A DNA stretch of 64,000 bases, taken from assembly GCA_023920165.1 (NCBI GenBank), contig CP089274.1, positions 3,100,001 to 3,164,000 of the forward strand, in the 5' to 3' direction. Below are positions 35,399-49,100 of the stretch, in pieces. This DNA is from Curvularia clavata (lineage: Eukaryota). The position numbers and the translations under genes were made by a program. The notes below the pieces were generated by a model. It saw nothing but the letters and a program-made list of their open reading frames with translations, was not told the DNA's origin and made no database searches. Numbering within the stretch: the stretch's first letter is position 1; each line of letters starts with the position of its first letter.

Positions 35399-36978
35399 AT
35401 GGCGTCGTATCTTGAGAAGATGCGCCGGCAATCCAAGCAACTGTTTCCACAGAGCAAGCAGAAGCCTGGACCACCGCCAATTGAAGACCCTCCCAAGGTT
35501 GCTGAATCCTCAACACCGAAAGCGCAAGACGTTGTCGTTCCCAAGATTGAGGAGCCTGCTCCAGCAGAGACCGCTTCAGCAGGGCCCAGTGGACCAGTCC
35601 CCTCACCACCTGCAGCTGCAGTCACAGAAGCAAGCGAGGAAATAGCCAGTGACCCTGTTCTGGATGCCGAAGATCAGAAGTTCCTCGAGCGACTCGCTGC
35701 TATTGCCGCAGAGCCCGAAGGCACACCCCCGCCCCTGCCGCAGCGCACGCCTGTGCCCGAAGAAGAAGCAAGTGAGAAGAAGGTCGGCAAAGATGCGCAG
35801 GAGGCGCTTCTGGACGGCGCAGACAAAGTCGCTCTCCCTCAAAGCCCACCCGAGACCGCTGCTAGCGCTACCGACAAGGGCAAGGGAAAAGCTACCGAGG
35901 GCGGCCTAGGTCGCAAGAAGAGCGTGTTATCATATTTCCAACTTCCCAGATTCAACAAGAAAGACGGTGAAAAAACCAAACCAACCAAAGACAAGAACAC
36001 CACTATCACTGACAAAGACCGCGCCCAATTGGCAGACGACCTACAGGCTGCCGCTACATCTGCCAAACTCACCGAAACCCAGCAGCAAGACAAAGAACTC
36101 ACCGATATTCTGGATCAACTCAACCTCTCTGCCGTCAACAACCGCGTCTTCAGCTTCAGTAAAGAATCCGAAGACCTCCTCAACAAATTTAAACAAGTCC
36201 TCAAGGACCTCGTCAACGGTGTGCCCACAGCCTACAACGACCTGGAGAAACTCTTCACAGACTACGACAACCAGCTCAAGAAAATGTACGCTAATCTGCC
36301 TCCGTTCCTGCAGAATCTAGTCAAGAGTCTGCCGGCGAAGTTGACGGCGACGCTGGGTCCAGAGATCATGGCTGCGTCGGCGGAGAAACCGGGGTTCGAT
36401 GCGCAGGCTGCGGGTAAGAGCAAGGGTAAGAAGGGCATGCTGCCGCAAGTTCCTAGCTTGAAGTCGCTGCTTTCGGCTCAGGGAGCGGTAGCGACGGCGC
36501 TGAGGAGTATTGTCAATTTCTTGAAGTTTAGGTTCCCTGCGTTGGCGACGGGAACGAATGTTATCATGAGTTTGGCAGTATTTGGTAAGTCTTTTCTCCC
36601 ATCCTCCTTCCCATTGCTTCTTTAAAAAAATGAGAGATTGAGCACGAACTAACTTATATATTAGTCCTTCTCTTCGTCTTCTGGTACTGCCACAAGCGCG
36701 GCCGCGAAACACGTCTGGAGAAAGAACGTCTTGCGGCGGAAGAAAGCCAGAATGCTTCTGGTGGTGCTAGTGGCGCTTCTTCTATCAACGGCGACGTTGA
36801 TTCTATCTTTGGGTCTCAAATCAAGACGAAAGAGGGAGACGGTGCGGCGACACCGACCCAGGAGCCGCTTATTCTGAAGGATGGGAAGGAGGACGACGCG
36901 AAGGTGCAAGATTTACCTAGCGTGGCGCATCTGCCAGATCCGAAGGGGGGCGAGGCACCGTCGGCAGGAGAGAAGTAG
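35399..36978 (+). CDS. Conserved fungal hypothetical membrane protein
   Basis: Exons 35399-36584 and 36665-36978. Motifs LNLSAVNNRVFSFS and KDLVNGVPTAYNDL; TM segment followed by WYCHKRGRETRLEKE. Confidence 0.75.
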
Positions 36979-37188
36979 AGCATTGGATATGAAGATGGAT
37001 GCTTTCTTGTGGGATTAGATTGACGATTGTGTTCATATACCCTGGTTTTGGCTTTGATTACATACATATATGCGCTAATAATCAACGACATGACGACACT
37101 ACATGTTTCCCGTGTGGTTGCAATCGACGGCAATTGTGGTATTAAATGGCGGCCCTACAACTGCTTCTTTGTTCATGTCCCTGAAACT

Positions 37189-38490
37189 TTATGGCTTCCG
37201 CGCATAAATCACCACGACTTCGAAATATGCGTGCACCCTCCTTTCTTTTACACCATTTCGGAACTTTGCAAAGAACACTTGCGCTTCGTCGACTGACCAG
37301 CCCATGACCTTCGTCAGCAGGTAAAGCCCCCAGCCCTCAGCACCCTGAGTAATATGCAGTAGGTTCCACTTGCCAAGTTCCTTCATATGGGGGTCGGAAG
37401 GCCAGCTGTTGACAGGTACCTTGTACACATACTCATGCACATCCTGAAATCCCGCATTACGAATATAGGTCGAGAGGTTCCAGACCTCGTAGAAGCTTTT
37501 GCCAAAGCGCTTGCTGGCCTCATGGAAGATGTCGCTCCACTGCGACAGGACGTGGTCTGGTTTCAGGGTGCCGTCGTCACTCTTGAACTGGATGGACATT
37601 TCAAGCTGGTGCAAGTAGCCGCCGGGGGTGAGGTTCTGGTAGACTTGGTCGTAGAGCGCCGGCCAGGATTGGATGGAGCCGTAGAGCGAGCGGATGTTGA
37701 TGAAGTCAAAGGGGTTTGAGTAGGTCCAGGGGAGGGTGACGTCGTCGATTTCGAATTTACAGTTGGGAGGTGTGAAGGAGGGCTGGATGGGGGAGAGGTC
37801 GACGCCGATGATTTCGGCGCCAGGGTGTTCTGTGTTTTTTTGTTTGTCAGTAAAATGGTTATGAGTAGTAGAGTGGAAGAGGAAGACGCACCGTCAGCCA
37901 TGTCCATACACCAAATTCCGGTTCCGCAGCCCAGATCCAGGATGCGCTTAGGGTCCTTGATGGGCGCGAGATGCAGCTTCTGGCCCAGCAGGATCAAAAA
38001 CATGTGATGGGCAATGTCAAGCTGGTCATTTTGCAACTCATCATTAGGACCCCAATAGTCATTCTCGCCTTCGCGATACTTGTGGTAGCGACGGCCATTT
38101 TCGAAGCGGCCTCTGTAAATGGAGGATGCAATTGAAGTCGTGTCACTAGCCGCATCATCGTCGCCTAGCGCCGAATCTGTATCGTCCTCTGAATTGTCCT
38201 GGGCATGTCAGAACTGGGCAGGTGGTAACGTGACTTGTACCACTTACAGCTGAGACGTGAGGATTGATGACCTGGGCGAGGGATGAGGGGCCTTCTGTTT
38301 CCGAAGGCAATTGTGCTTGAGGTGGTGGTGAGGCAGCTGGAGTGTCTGCGCGGCGTGATGAGGCTGGTGGTCCAGAGGCAGGCACAGCACTGGTAGAGCC
38401 ACTTGCAGAGGGGGCAAAGTCAGCAGCAGGTGGTGTTGTTGCTGCCTCGCCCGTGATCTCCCTTTCTTTGCCCTTGGCAGTAGTTGACAT
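37189..38490 (-). CDS. SAM-dependent methyltransferase (LaeA-like/TAM family)
   Basis: Exons 38490-38248, 38198-37892, 37829-37189. Motifs ENGRRYH, GPNDE, ILDLGCGTGIW, GVDLSPIQP and PGGYL. Confidence 0.9.
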
Positions 38491-39688
38491 TGTGAGAGAT
38501 AAGTCTGTCTGAACGGATGGAGAGGATGGTCAGTAGGGGCAATGGGGTCCAATTAAGTAGTTGGAATGTGATAGCTGCTGTTGGTTCTTTGTCAACGTCA
38601 GGGTGTGCAGGGGCTACTGCGCCTCATTCATCCATACATACACCAACGGGCCGGGGCGAGTGCACCCGTTCGATAAGCGAGCCTGTCAAAAACGCTCAGA
38701 CACTTGGGGGGGTGCCGCGTTGCTCCAAAGGTAGTTCTGGGTTGTATTGTACGGCCAAGGAGAGCAGGCTGTGCTTATAAGAACAGAGTGCGAGTCGTAC
38801 GACGCTGCTGGAGGGGGCTGAAGAGCACCAAGAGTACAATGCTGTTTATGACGATGCCCCTGTCGACAAGTGGACGAAATCAAGACTGACATGGGGCGGC
38901 ATGTCCCCGACTGCAAGCTGCGAGCAGGGAAAAGAAAGGCGTGGCCTGTGGAGACTTCTGGATGCATATCAGCGACCTGCCACACCGTTCTAGGTCGAGG
39001 GCTCTGTGATTGTTCATGGATTCTACATGTAAGTCATCCCCGCAACCTGATTCGCTGAAGAGAATGGCCAAGGCGGCGCCTCTGATGTATTCCGGACCAT
39101 GGATTCTGCGGCCACCTGGGCAAGCGAAGACAAAGACTGTCATGGTAGTCTGCAGCAGAGAAACGCCCTGTGAAGTACGGACAAACTCTGCTCGTATTAG
39201 CCCACGGCCATACCAGCGGCAGGGCAGCGCTAACATCGACCAACTCAACTGTGCCTTTACCATCCCGATTGACTTTCGCTAACCCCTCTCCCCCCGCTGC
39301 TCCCTGTCAGGAACCCGATATGGCGCTCAGCTGGTACCCTAGCATGCCTCTTCCCGGCCCTATCGCTCGCCGGCGTGCCTCAACCCCAGCTTGACGTATC
39401 TCCTTGTGTCTCCGTGTCCTGCTACATCTACTCCTCTACCCTTCACTTTACCTCCTCGCGGCCCGCCACCCCGCTGGCCAGCGTCCAAGACAAGTGCCTC
39501 GCCCTCATCCTCCTCCTCCAAGCTCCAGATCGAGCTCACTCCACTCTTTTGCTCGTGTTGTCCCCTGCCCTCCTGCACGCCCTCTCCCACTGTGTCGGGA
39601 GCTGCCCCACTGGCCACAACAACTCGTGATCTTCGTTCGCTATCAACAAAAAGCAAATCCTTGCCCCCCATCTCCACTGCGCCCAGCC

Positions 39689-41405
39689 ATGGACTCTGTT
39701 GCCGAGGCCTCCAGCAACGAGCATGTCTCACGACGCCTGCACGTCTTTCTATTCGCCCTGCTGCTATTCTTCGTCCTTGGCCGCATCCGCCAGTACTGGC
39801 GTCTGAAACACTTTCCCGGTCCCAGCACAACGGGTTTCTCGGGCTTGTGGCACACCAGAGCCGTTATCGGCGGCGAGTCGCCTAGGTACTATGGCGAGAT
39901 ATGCCAGCAGTATGGTATGTCTTCATCTCTAGTCTGGCACCTGACGAGTATTCATCTTCTGTAGGGCCGATTGCGAGAATCGCTCCGAACCACCTCATCA
40001 CGTCTGACCTAGACTTCTGGACACGCATCAACGCAGTCCGCTCGCCCTACAAGCGCTCGTCTTGGTATTACCATGCCGCCCGCTTCGAGCCCGGCAAGGA
40101 CAATGTCTTTACCGAATGCGACAACGACCGCCATGACGCCCGGCGCAAGAAAATGGTTGCTGGCGTAAGTCAATTCCTATTTGAGACGGAAACTGTCCAA
40201 CTGACGCTCCACAGTACTCTGGCAAGGAAAACCCCACGCTAGAGCCGTCCATTGACCAGCATGTCCGTGAACTCGTAGACCTGGTTCGCCAGTATGCATC
40301 CGCCCCAAGTTCCAAAACCCCGTCAACTTGCATGGATTTGGCAGAGAAGATTCCCTTCTTCACCCTAGATGTCATTAGCCATGTCGGTCTCGGACAAGCA
40401 TTCGGTGACTTGAAAGCCGACCAGGATGTCAACGAATACATCAGATCCTCGGAAGAGGGTCTGAAAATTGGTAACACAGCATTCGCCCTGGGAGTAGCCT
40501 GGCTCAAAGACACCCCCATCATTGGACCCTTGATCAGCCCGTCTGAGAAGGACGAAAATGGCTTCGGTCACATGATGGCTCAAGTGCGTAAGATTGTCGT
40601 TTCTAGACAGCAAAAATCAACCCAGGAAAAATCAGACATGTTTGCATCCTTTGTGCGCCACGGCGTGGCAGGCGATGATCTTTGTAAGTGTTTATGGAAT
40701 AGTCTGTTTGTGGGCAGTTTCCTAACCGTTTTAGTCCAAGAGGTGTTTGAGCAGATCCTGGCTGGTTCTGATACAACCGCTGCAGCCATACGGACCATAT
40801 TGCTTTATATAATGAGCCACCGCCGAGTTTACGCAAAGTTACAGGCTGAGATTGATGAGGCGGTTAAGAGCGGTAAGGCCCCTGCTGCTCCAGGTATTGT
40901 GTCGGATGCAGAAGTGCGCCGCCTGCCATACCTAGGCGCTGTCGTCCGAGAAGGAATGCGCATGCAGCCTCCCGTTGCCAATATCTTCTCTAGGGTCACA
41001 CCCGATGAGGGAGATGTTGCAGTTATCGGCGGCAAGGAGTACCACATCCCCGGAGGCACCCTAATCGGTTACTCAGCTTTGACAATGCACCGAAACAACC
41101 CCAGCATCTATGGAGAAGATTGTACTGTATTCCGACCTGAGCGTTGGCTCATCGACACTACCGACGAGGCGGCAAAGGAACGCCTGCATAAGATGACAAG
41201 AACCAACGATATGATATTTGGTTACGGTCGCTGGCTTTGCCTGGGCCGCAATATTGCGCTGATTGAGATGCACAAGGCTGTGTTCGAGCTGTTCCGAAAC
41301 TTCGACATGACTTTGACGTATCCGCTCGACCCGTGGAAGACATTCAACTCGCTTGGACTTTGGCAAATCAGTGATATGTGGGTGGATGTGACACTGCGGG
41401 AGTGA
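39689..41405 (+). CDS. Cytochrome P450 monooxygenase (pisatin-demethylase-like)
   Basis: Exons 39689-39914, 39965-40164, 40215-40683, 40735-41405. N-terminal TM anchor, AGSDTT (I-helix), EGMR (ExxR), FRPERW, and heme motif FGYGRWLCLG. Confidence 0.93.
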
Positions 41406-41836
41406 TGAGTCCTGTTTAGCAGATTAGACGGATATTTAGTCTCTGTTTTGCTTGTTGTAGTCACAATTGTTGCAAGGGTAATATTGCTCCAAGGACGAAT
41501 TGGGTTGCTGCACCACAGACATATACTAGTTGGAATACACGGTAGATTCAGGTACGATTCTACAACCCAATCCATACTGCCCAACATCTTGAACCGAGCT
41601 ATATTATTTGCAGACGTTATTGTTAACAGCCCCATCCGCCAAGGTTGAGGCGTGATTAGAGCGCCGCAAAAGGAACAAGGCTCCACAGTATAGGCAACAT
41701 GACGGTCACCTCCCGCCGGCGTAGCAACTTGGACGAATCCCCCACGTACAACCACGGCGTCGCCCCGGCCACCCCACCGCTGCCCTACCACGCCTTTGCG
41801 GCATCGCGCCATCATGTCGCCGCCCAACTCGTCAGC

Positions 41837-42801
41837 ATGGCCCGGTATGAGGATGACGAGTTGCCCTGCGTCAATGCGCAAACGTCCCAGATGAGCGCCG
41901 ACGGTCAGCCACGCGAACACAGCGACTCGCTCGACGACGACGACACGCCAACCAAGCGGCAGAAGCTGCATCATCCTTCTTCGCCAGGCTCACGGCATGC
42001 TTGTATGATTACTGGACCAGCACCGTCAGCGCCATATGCGGGCCTCCCGCCCGGCCCAGCGCGCATGAACGCGCCAGCCAAACACTTCGACATGCTTCCT
42101 CCACCCGACTCAGTCCACGGCTCATGGCAGGCTCTCCACGAGTATGCGCAGTCGCATGCAGCCGAGCACGGATACGCCCTCAGCATCAACACGACAGCCA
42201 AGAACCGGTCACGCATCAAGCTCGCCTGCGTCTGCTACGGCCAGCCCAAAAACACACACAAGCTCACGGCCGAAACACGGGTCCGGAAAAACAGAGTCAG
42301 CTACAAGACGGGCTGTAAGATGTGGGTCGAGGGCAAGAAGCTCGAAGATGGGACTTGGCTTCTGCGTGTGGGCGAGCCACTGCATAATCATCCAGGCCGG
42401 GACAGCGCAGGCTGGGCTGTTCAGCGGAAGAGGACATGGGGTCTTGTGGGGGGACGTATCGGTGTGGGAGGCGTCACTGCGAAAGAGGAGCTTGCAAAAC
42501 GGAGTCAAGACGCCGCAGAGGATGCCGTAAACACAGTCGATGGTGGAGACGAATACACGCAAGCCAAGTTCCCGCTCGAACGTGGCGGACTCGTCTGGAA
42601 AATCGTCGAGCAGGAGATGCTGCGGAAAAACAAGCCCAACCACGGCCGCGATCGCGGCGTAGGAAGGACAGTGGATGTGCTTCAATTGCGGCTCCCAGGA
42701 ATACATATTCTCAAGCGCGATGTGTATAATATCCGCGCGCAGATTAAGCGGGCGAGGAAAGCGGCAGGTCAGCAATTGGGGGATGGCGTTGATAGCTCTT
42801 C

Positions 42802-42832
<31 letters not shown>

Positions 42833-43240
42833 AACGGCGGCGATGATGAGGCTGATGACAACGAGACTCACGATACCCTTGCTACCAACCCCGCTGGCCC
42901 ACCTCCGAAGCAATCTCGCCCCGTACCATCACAGCCTCAACCACTCTCTGCAAGCTTCTCCAATCCCCTCCCCGCGAGAATCCCTGCCCGCATTGACCCC
43001 TCCCTCAACCTCCACGCCGACAATCAGGATACCACTCCCCCATCTCAGTCTCCACCTGATGCCGCAAGCAATACAGAACTGGAGCAACTCCGCCGTGAAA
43101 ACGCTGAGCTCCGCCGCTTACTCGCCGATAGAACGAAAGAAGTCAAGGAGAAGACGATTGAGATGGCCGGGCTGAGAAGTCAGGTGGAGCTGTTGAGTAA
43201 CATTATGTTGACGAGTGGGAGGGGGATGGTACCGCCGTAG
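41837..43240 (+). CDS. FAR1/WRKY-like (Mutator-transposase-derived) DNA-binding protein lacking a DDE domain
   Basis: HAAEHGYAL..KLACVC..SYKTGC..W...HNH zinc-binding pattern and KRDVYNIRAQ helix, then poly-D and a C-terminal coiled coil. Start may be 41699 or 41837. Confidence 0.75.
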
Positions 43241-43716
43241 GTAGTCGTAGATTTCCGTTGGTGTGAGGATCGAGGATGAGAGAGAGAGAGGGGGGGGGGG
43301 GGGAATGGGCGTGTATGATATGATATCCGGGTTTCTCAAAGTCCACTAGCCTATAATTACGAGTTTTTTTGCACCAGGGTATATTAAGTATCAGGGTACA
43401 TCAAGATATCAAGTATAATGGTAATAAGTAAATCAATAATGATATAAAGCATTTGCCATAGCAAAAGAGGTATCAGGTAGCTCAGAAAGCACTGTGTATC
43501 GTTCGTCGTCAACCCAGACAACACCAGATCCAACGCCATCATTATGTCGTGAAGAAGCCAAAAACCAGAAAACTCCACCGAATCGAGTTTGCCAACGTGA
43601 AGGGGGATATATAAGCTTCGTCAAGGCCAGAAGAACAGGGGATATCAAGAACGAGAACAAGAGCGAGAACAAGAGCAAGAGCAACAAGAAGGAGGAGGTG
43701 GAAAAGAGGAGTACTC

Positions 43717-46123
43717 TCACGCACCCTCCATATCAACATCCCTCTCCTCGCCCTCTTCATACTGATCATACTGCTCCTCCTCTTCCGCAGCAAGCTGATC
43801 CTGTTCCTCACACGAGCGCTCGACCTCATCCGCGATAAACTGCTCGTACTCCTCGAGCGACTTTTGAATGTGCAGCTTGAAGCGTACAATATCATCGAGC
43901 ATGCGCTCGATTTCCGTATGGAGTTCTTCGCGGAGAGCGTTGGCGCGGAGTTGGAGTTGTTCATATCTAAGCCAGGGTTAGCAAACTGATTTTTTTTGGT
44001 ATACAATTGTTAAGGGGAAGAATGAAAAAAAAAACTTACTCAATGTTAACAGCCATCTCGCGCTGGACCATTAGTTGGACAGACTCGCCCAGTCCACTAC
44101 GCATACGACCGAGCTCCTTCTCCATACGCTCAATTTGCGCATCAGACTGGCTCTTCTGCGTGTTTGTGATTTCTCGCAACTTCTCTAGCTCTTCTTCCGC
44201 TTGCGCAACACGGTGGCCTAGAGCCTCAACCTCGGCTTGCTTGTCGTCCATGGCTTCTTTGATCTTGTCAAGGAGGTCATGATTATTCATATCAGCTTCT
44301 AGTGCTTGGTTGCGCCGCTCGGCAATTTCCTTGCGTAGTGAAAGAATATTTGCTTTTACTGTGCCTCGGAGGTCGAGATTCAAGAGGTGACCTGGGGAAT
44401 AGCCTGTTCCTGAATCGTGGAGGAGACGGTCCGAGGCGTCTTGGGATGAGCCGCCCATTTGCGAACCAGAGAAGTTGGGCGCGTCGGTTATGGTAAGCAC
44501 AAGCTCGTACTCTTGTCCTTTTGCGTTCGCGGCTGTAGAGGGAATGACACCAATTTGATAGCCAAGGTTGTTGTAACGCTCAATTGTCTGTTCGAGTTCG
44601 TCGAGCTTTCGTGAGGCGGCAATCTCCTTCTCAGCCACGCGCTTCTTGGACTCTTCGAGACGAGCTGACGTCGCCTGGAGAGAAGAGTCAAGACGATCCC
44701 GTTCATTTGCCATGCGGTCAATGTCCGCAATCGTCATGCCTCGGCCATCAATAATGGCCTGAAGCTCTTGCTGCTCCTTCTCGGAAGCCTCCAGCTCAGC
44801 CTCAATCTCCTCAATCGACTTTTCCAAAAAGGCGCAGCGGTCAGTGTACTTCTTAACCTTTGACTCCATCGAGTTATTATAGTTCTCAAACTTGACGCGG
44901 TCCTCTTCTAAGATGCGGATTTGCTCCTCGAGCTTCTGTATCCTTGGGCCGGACTTTCCTAGCTCTTCAATCTGATCTTGCAGGTACTTGTGCTCGGCCT
45001 CTAGAAGCTTCACTTGCTCGAGATGCTCGGCACTTGCTGCATCAAACTTGGCGGCCATAGTCCGGATGTGAGGCTCGATGTGCCTCTTTTGCGCCTCTTC
45101 GTCGTCTTCATCGTCATCCGCTGATATCCAGGTATTGTATGCATCTGCCAAGAAGTCGAAAATGATGCGGTGACCAGTGTTATCGAAACCTGCCTCCAAG
45201 CACGCATCATCGTACGTTCCCGCTTCAAATGCCTGCATGAGACGTGCGAGCTGCATCATCCAGTGAAGTAGACCCAGGAAAGTGTACCAGTTGTTACCGC
45301 CAACAGCTGCAATTTGCGACTTCATGATGGACTTTTCAAATGGGTAACGCATCTGCTTTAGAAGCGCAGGCACTTCTTGGTCAATGGACTTTTGGAAGCG
45401 GTAGCTGGGATCAATGCGGTTGTATAGCCATTGAAACATGCAGTTGAAGTCTTTCTGGGTGGGTGAAGTCATGGCCTTGTTTGAAAGAACATGCTTGGAT
45501 TCCATCTCAAAGTTGTTCTGCGTCAAGAACTCCATCAATTCTTGTGCCATGTGCGAGCGCGTGTTCGGATCCTTGAGTCGCCGTGGGTCCGCGGGAGGCA
45601 CTGAGGGCATAGGTGCTGTCTGAAAAAAAGATTGCTTGATGCCAGATGGCGTAGGTACATGCGATGCCCGGGACTGGAACACACTACTTCTCCGCTGTGC
45701 GCTTTGTTCAAATGAAGGACCGGAGGACTGCGCTGGTGTTTGGAAGACGGAAGCGCCTGGCGCAAAGCTCTTGCGCGCAGCACTCGAGCGCTGTACCGAC
45801 TGGAAACCATCGGCGAGATTTGTACCGGAGGAGGAGCGTTGGAACAGCTGCTGGCTGGGGCGACCGGGTGCGAGGGACATTCTACTTCCGCTCTGCGACC
45901 GCGCATGGTTCGGAGGGAACTGATTTATTTGCATATTGTGTACGGAGCTGTTGCGCTTCATGGCGGAAGCTGGCATGGGAATGGCAGAGACGTTGTTGTT
46001 AACGGGGCCCAAAGTCTGCGCGTCGTGTTAGAGGAGTCGAGGAGGAAAGTAGGAAGATGCGACAAGAGGGGGCAATAACGAACTTACCTGGCGGCGTACC
46101 GAGAACATGCCCGGGTCGGCCAT
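43717..46123 (-). CDS. NDC80: Kinetochore protein Ndc80/HEC1
   Basis: Exons 46123-46088, 46015-44040, 43966-43717. Motifs [22 protein letters not shown] and [28 protein letters not shown]; long coiled coil. Confidence 0.95.
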
Positions 46124-49100
46124 TATTTTTTGTGGTATTGCAATAGTCCTGGGATTGTTGTTTTCTTGACGGCTCGGAAGACCAAAAATTAGGGTATACA
46201 GAGTGCGATAGGGCTGGTGTTGATGATTGCACATGCAATTGTTTGTTGTGATCAGGGTTTCCGCGCTAACCATCCCCAGCAACGCGCGACGCCCGCGCCA
46301 CGTGGGGTATTTCTATTGTTTACATACACTCCCTGCGCTGTGTTGGGGGTATTGCTACGTCATTCCGCCTCCTCGTTTGTCTCCTAACCCTCAGACGAGA
46401 TTTGAATAAGGTTGTCAAACTATGTCGCTACTCCATTCATCAACTTCATGCAGACCTGCTCGCCATAGCAACCCAAACAGCGTCAGGCAGTGATGGTTGC
46501 CAATCGAACTAAATATATTTGAGGCCCAATTGGGCACTTTTTAGGATTGTAGCCTCACTCACAGGTTGTACCATGTGGGCACAGTTACTAGGTTGAACTA
46601 TTCCAGGGGCTTTGGCCTGTGGCCTGCTCATGCGCCTGTCGGCACGTTCCGCAGGCTGAGGTATTGCAGCCCAACGGGCAAGCAATAGACAGCGAGCAGG
46701 TTTTTGACAACTATTCAAGCGGTACAAGCATTCTTCTGGGACTATGAGATTCGGATGATATTAGGATTGAGCGTCAGGCAACTCCTGGTATCTGCCACAT
46801 TGGAAAGTTTCGCCGACCTCAGATGCACAATAGTCTCTTGCTCCGGGGGTATTCAGATACGCGTGGTTTGTACTATCGCTGCCAGAAGAAGTGCAGGGAC
46901 TTTTGAACCGTTCGAAGCCGGTTCATGATGTTCATCTTGCCTGATTGGTCGCTTTGCTCTGTCCTGTTTGAGGCATAATTGGCGGTGCAAACGTGAACGG
47001 TGATCAGAACCTTTGAGGTGTATGAGACGTTGAGTGATGAGAAGAAACTAAGGCCGCAAAATGCAAGTTTCGAATCATTCCATGGTATACTGTCGACTGT
47101 TACTGTATATGTTTCTGTGAAAAAGTTAAATCTGGTGTCTCAGCGAGTCCACTCGATACCACAGTAATCATCCTAAAACAAAAATCGAAATCGTTTTCTG
47201 CCTTGCTAATACAACACCCAAGACGACCCTCATCAATTTATAGCCACTTACATTTCCTTTATCCTCCTGTTAACACACTTTCTCGCTACACCTGCGTCAG
47301 CATGATCAAAACAAGTCACCTGTCCATGAGCACGAGATTGAGAAGCAGGTTGCTTTTGGTCGGTACCATTTCATCATCAACGGGGACACCGAATGCGGAA
47401 GACTGGTTCGATGCGGTTGACGGATCATGCTCTCGAGTCTGGACCCTCAATCGCCTGTATGTACGTCAATGGCAGACGCAACAACGAGACACCGTGCGTA
47501 GGCTAGTCAGTACCATGGGGAATTGGTTCCCAATATTGCCATTCTTCCATCTGATAAAGCATTGGCATTGTCTTTGAAAGCACTTGCGCAGTATGACGAC
47601 ATGCCGTTGCCAGTGCCTGCATACCAAGCTTTGACAAGCTTCTCTCTGCACGGAGTCCTCATCAATTTTTCCTGCTCTTGAAGAAAGCGACTAGCGTTGA
47701 GTGAAAATTCATTCTCAAACAACAAGGGCCAATGGCACGGGAGGTTGTGCTTAGTGATGCACGAAGGAGTTCGGCTACGCGATCAGAAATCAACAGGGGT
47801 CGGTGGAGATATCGTGAAAAGCCGGCAAGGACGGGAATGTCAGCAAGACGCATGAGGACAGTAATAGAGAGTGCATGAAGGAAGCATGTATAGAAGCATG
47901 CAGAGTGACGCAGTGACAGGGAGGTCTAGTCAGTGTTGGTGGAAGGTGTGCGGCTTCCAGAAGAATACTAGAAGCGGAAGCAAGGAAGCGTGGCTTGCCG
48001 GTTTTCCAGCCACGGGCTGAATTTGTCCGGCATCAGTGCTTTTGCCTAAAAGAGTATTTTGAGTGGGAATGTGTCATGTTGGAAACGCGCTTATGGGTAC
48101 GATGTGCGAAGTATGCGGAGGAGGCTGAGCAAGGCCGACGCGAATACGGTCGCGTTCTCTTTTTGAGCGCAGGCAGCGGTAATATATTGATTGACGCGGT
48201 GTTGTGGTTGTCGTAAATAGGTGGTGGCTTAGTCTTCCTAGTGTGGTATAGATACCAAATGCAGTAAGCGGTCGACTCATCATGATCGCGAAGTCGCATC
48301 GCAGCATTGCGTTGCTATGGTGCCGCAGCGTGTGCATATACGACACGCGGACCGCCAGGACTCGGCGTTGGCGTTGGCAGTCTTGTGCCCAGCCTCGCAC
48401 AAGTTCAGCGGTGAAGTCGGTAGCGGATACGTGTTGTGGGCATAGGCTGAACCGGTGCACACGAATCCGGTGTGGGCAGCGAAGGCTGGAGGGACGAGAG
48501 GTACGCCATGCTCGTTTAGGATCGTTCGTCCTGGTACCGGCGGGCCAGGACAGTGGACAGGGCGGAGCGGGGACAAGGTGTTGACGACGCACCGACCACG
48601 ACGTGCCTGGGCGGTACCTGGATCTGACTCTGGCTCTGGCACGGCGCCGTGGGCACAGGTCTCGCAACCGTCGAAGCCCAGCGTGCCAGATGGAAGCCCG
48701 CTGTTACAGCATGCCCGACGGGCTGCGATTGCGGGTCGCAATCAAGGCCAGAGTCAAGCACGCAATTAACCGTTACAAAGCTGAAGGTGCGCAGAAGCAA
48801 GAAAACGATTTTCTAGTGGTTCGCGCAAGATTTGCTCATTAGCGGCTTTGTCAGATGGCATTTTTCAGCACACATGACAAAGCGGGCAGGCTCCACCAAT
48901 CCCGCAGGCCCTGCAAGCTGCGGTGGGGACAGGTGTTTGTAATCGAGCACAGTATGCTGCCATTGCAACCGTCGACGATGAGACAGACGGGTCTGGGTCG
49001 TATCGTGACGGAATGGCCAAGCGCGGGGGTGCACACACATGTTGCGTATGCGCATTCAGGCAGAGGTGCCATGTGACGTGCATGGCGGCGTGTCGCGACA

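Noticed and set aside
43640..43690. GAGAACAA/GAGCAA tandem repeats
   Set aside because: Low-complexity sequence in the NDC80 3' UTR with no spacer structure; not CRISPR-like.
46903..46926. Hairpin TGAACCG..CGGTTCA containing GTTCGA (tRNA T-loop-like)
   Set aside because: No cloverleaf or A box; I recognised no tRNA, 5S rRNA or snRNA gene in the window.
47297..47378. Minus-strand ATGATGA..CTGA unit
   Set aside because: No rRNA-complementary guide, and the CTGA is equally explained as a GCTGAC branch-like motif.
48074..48800. Several overlapping 90-200-aa ORFs
   Set aside because: GC-rich non-coding sequence giving Arg/Pro-rich chance ORFs with no recognisable domain.
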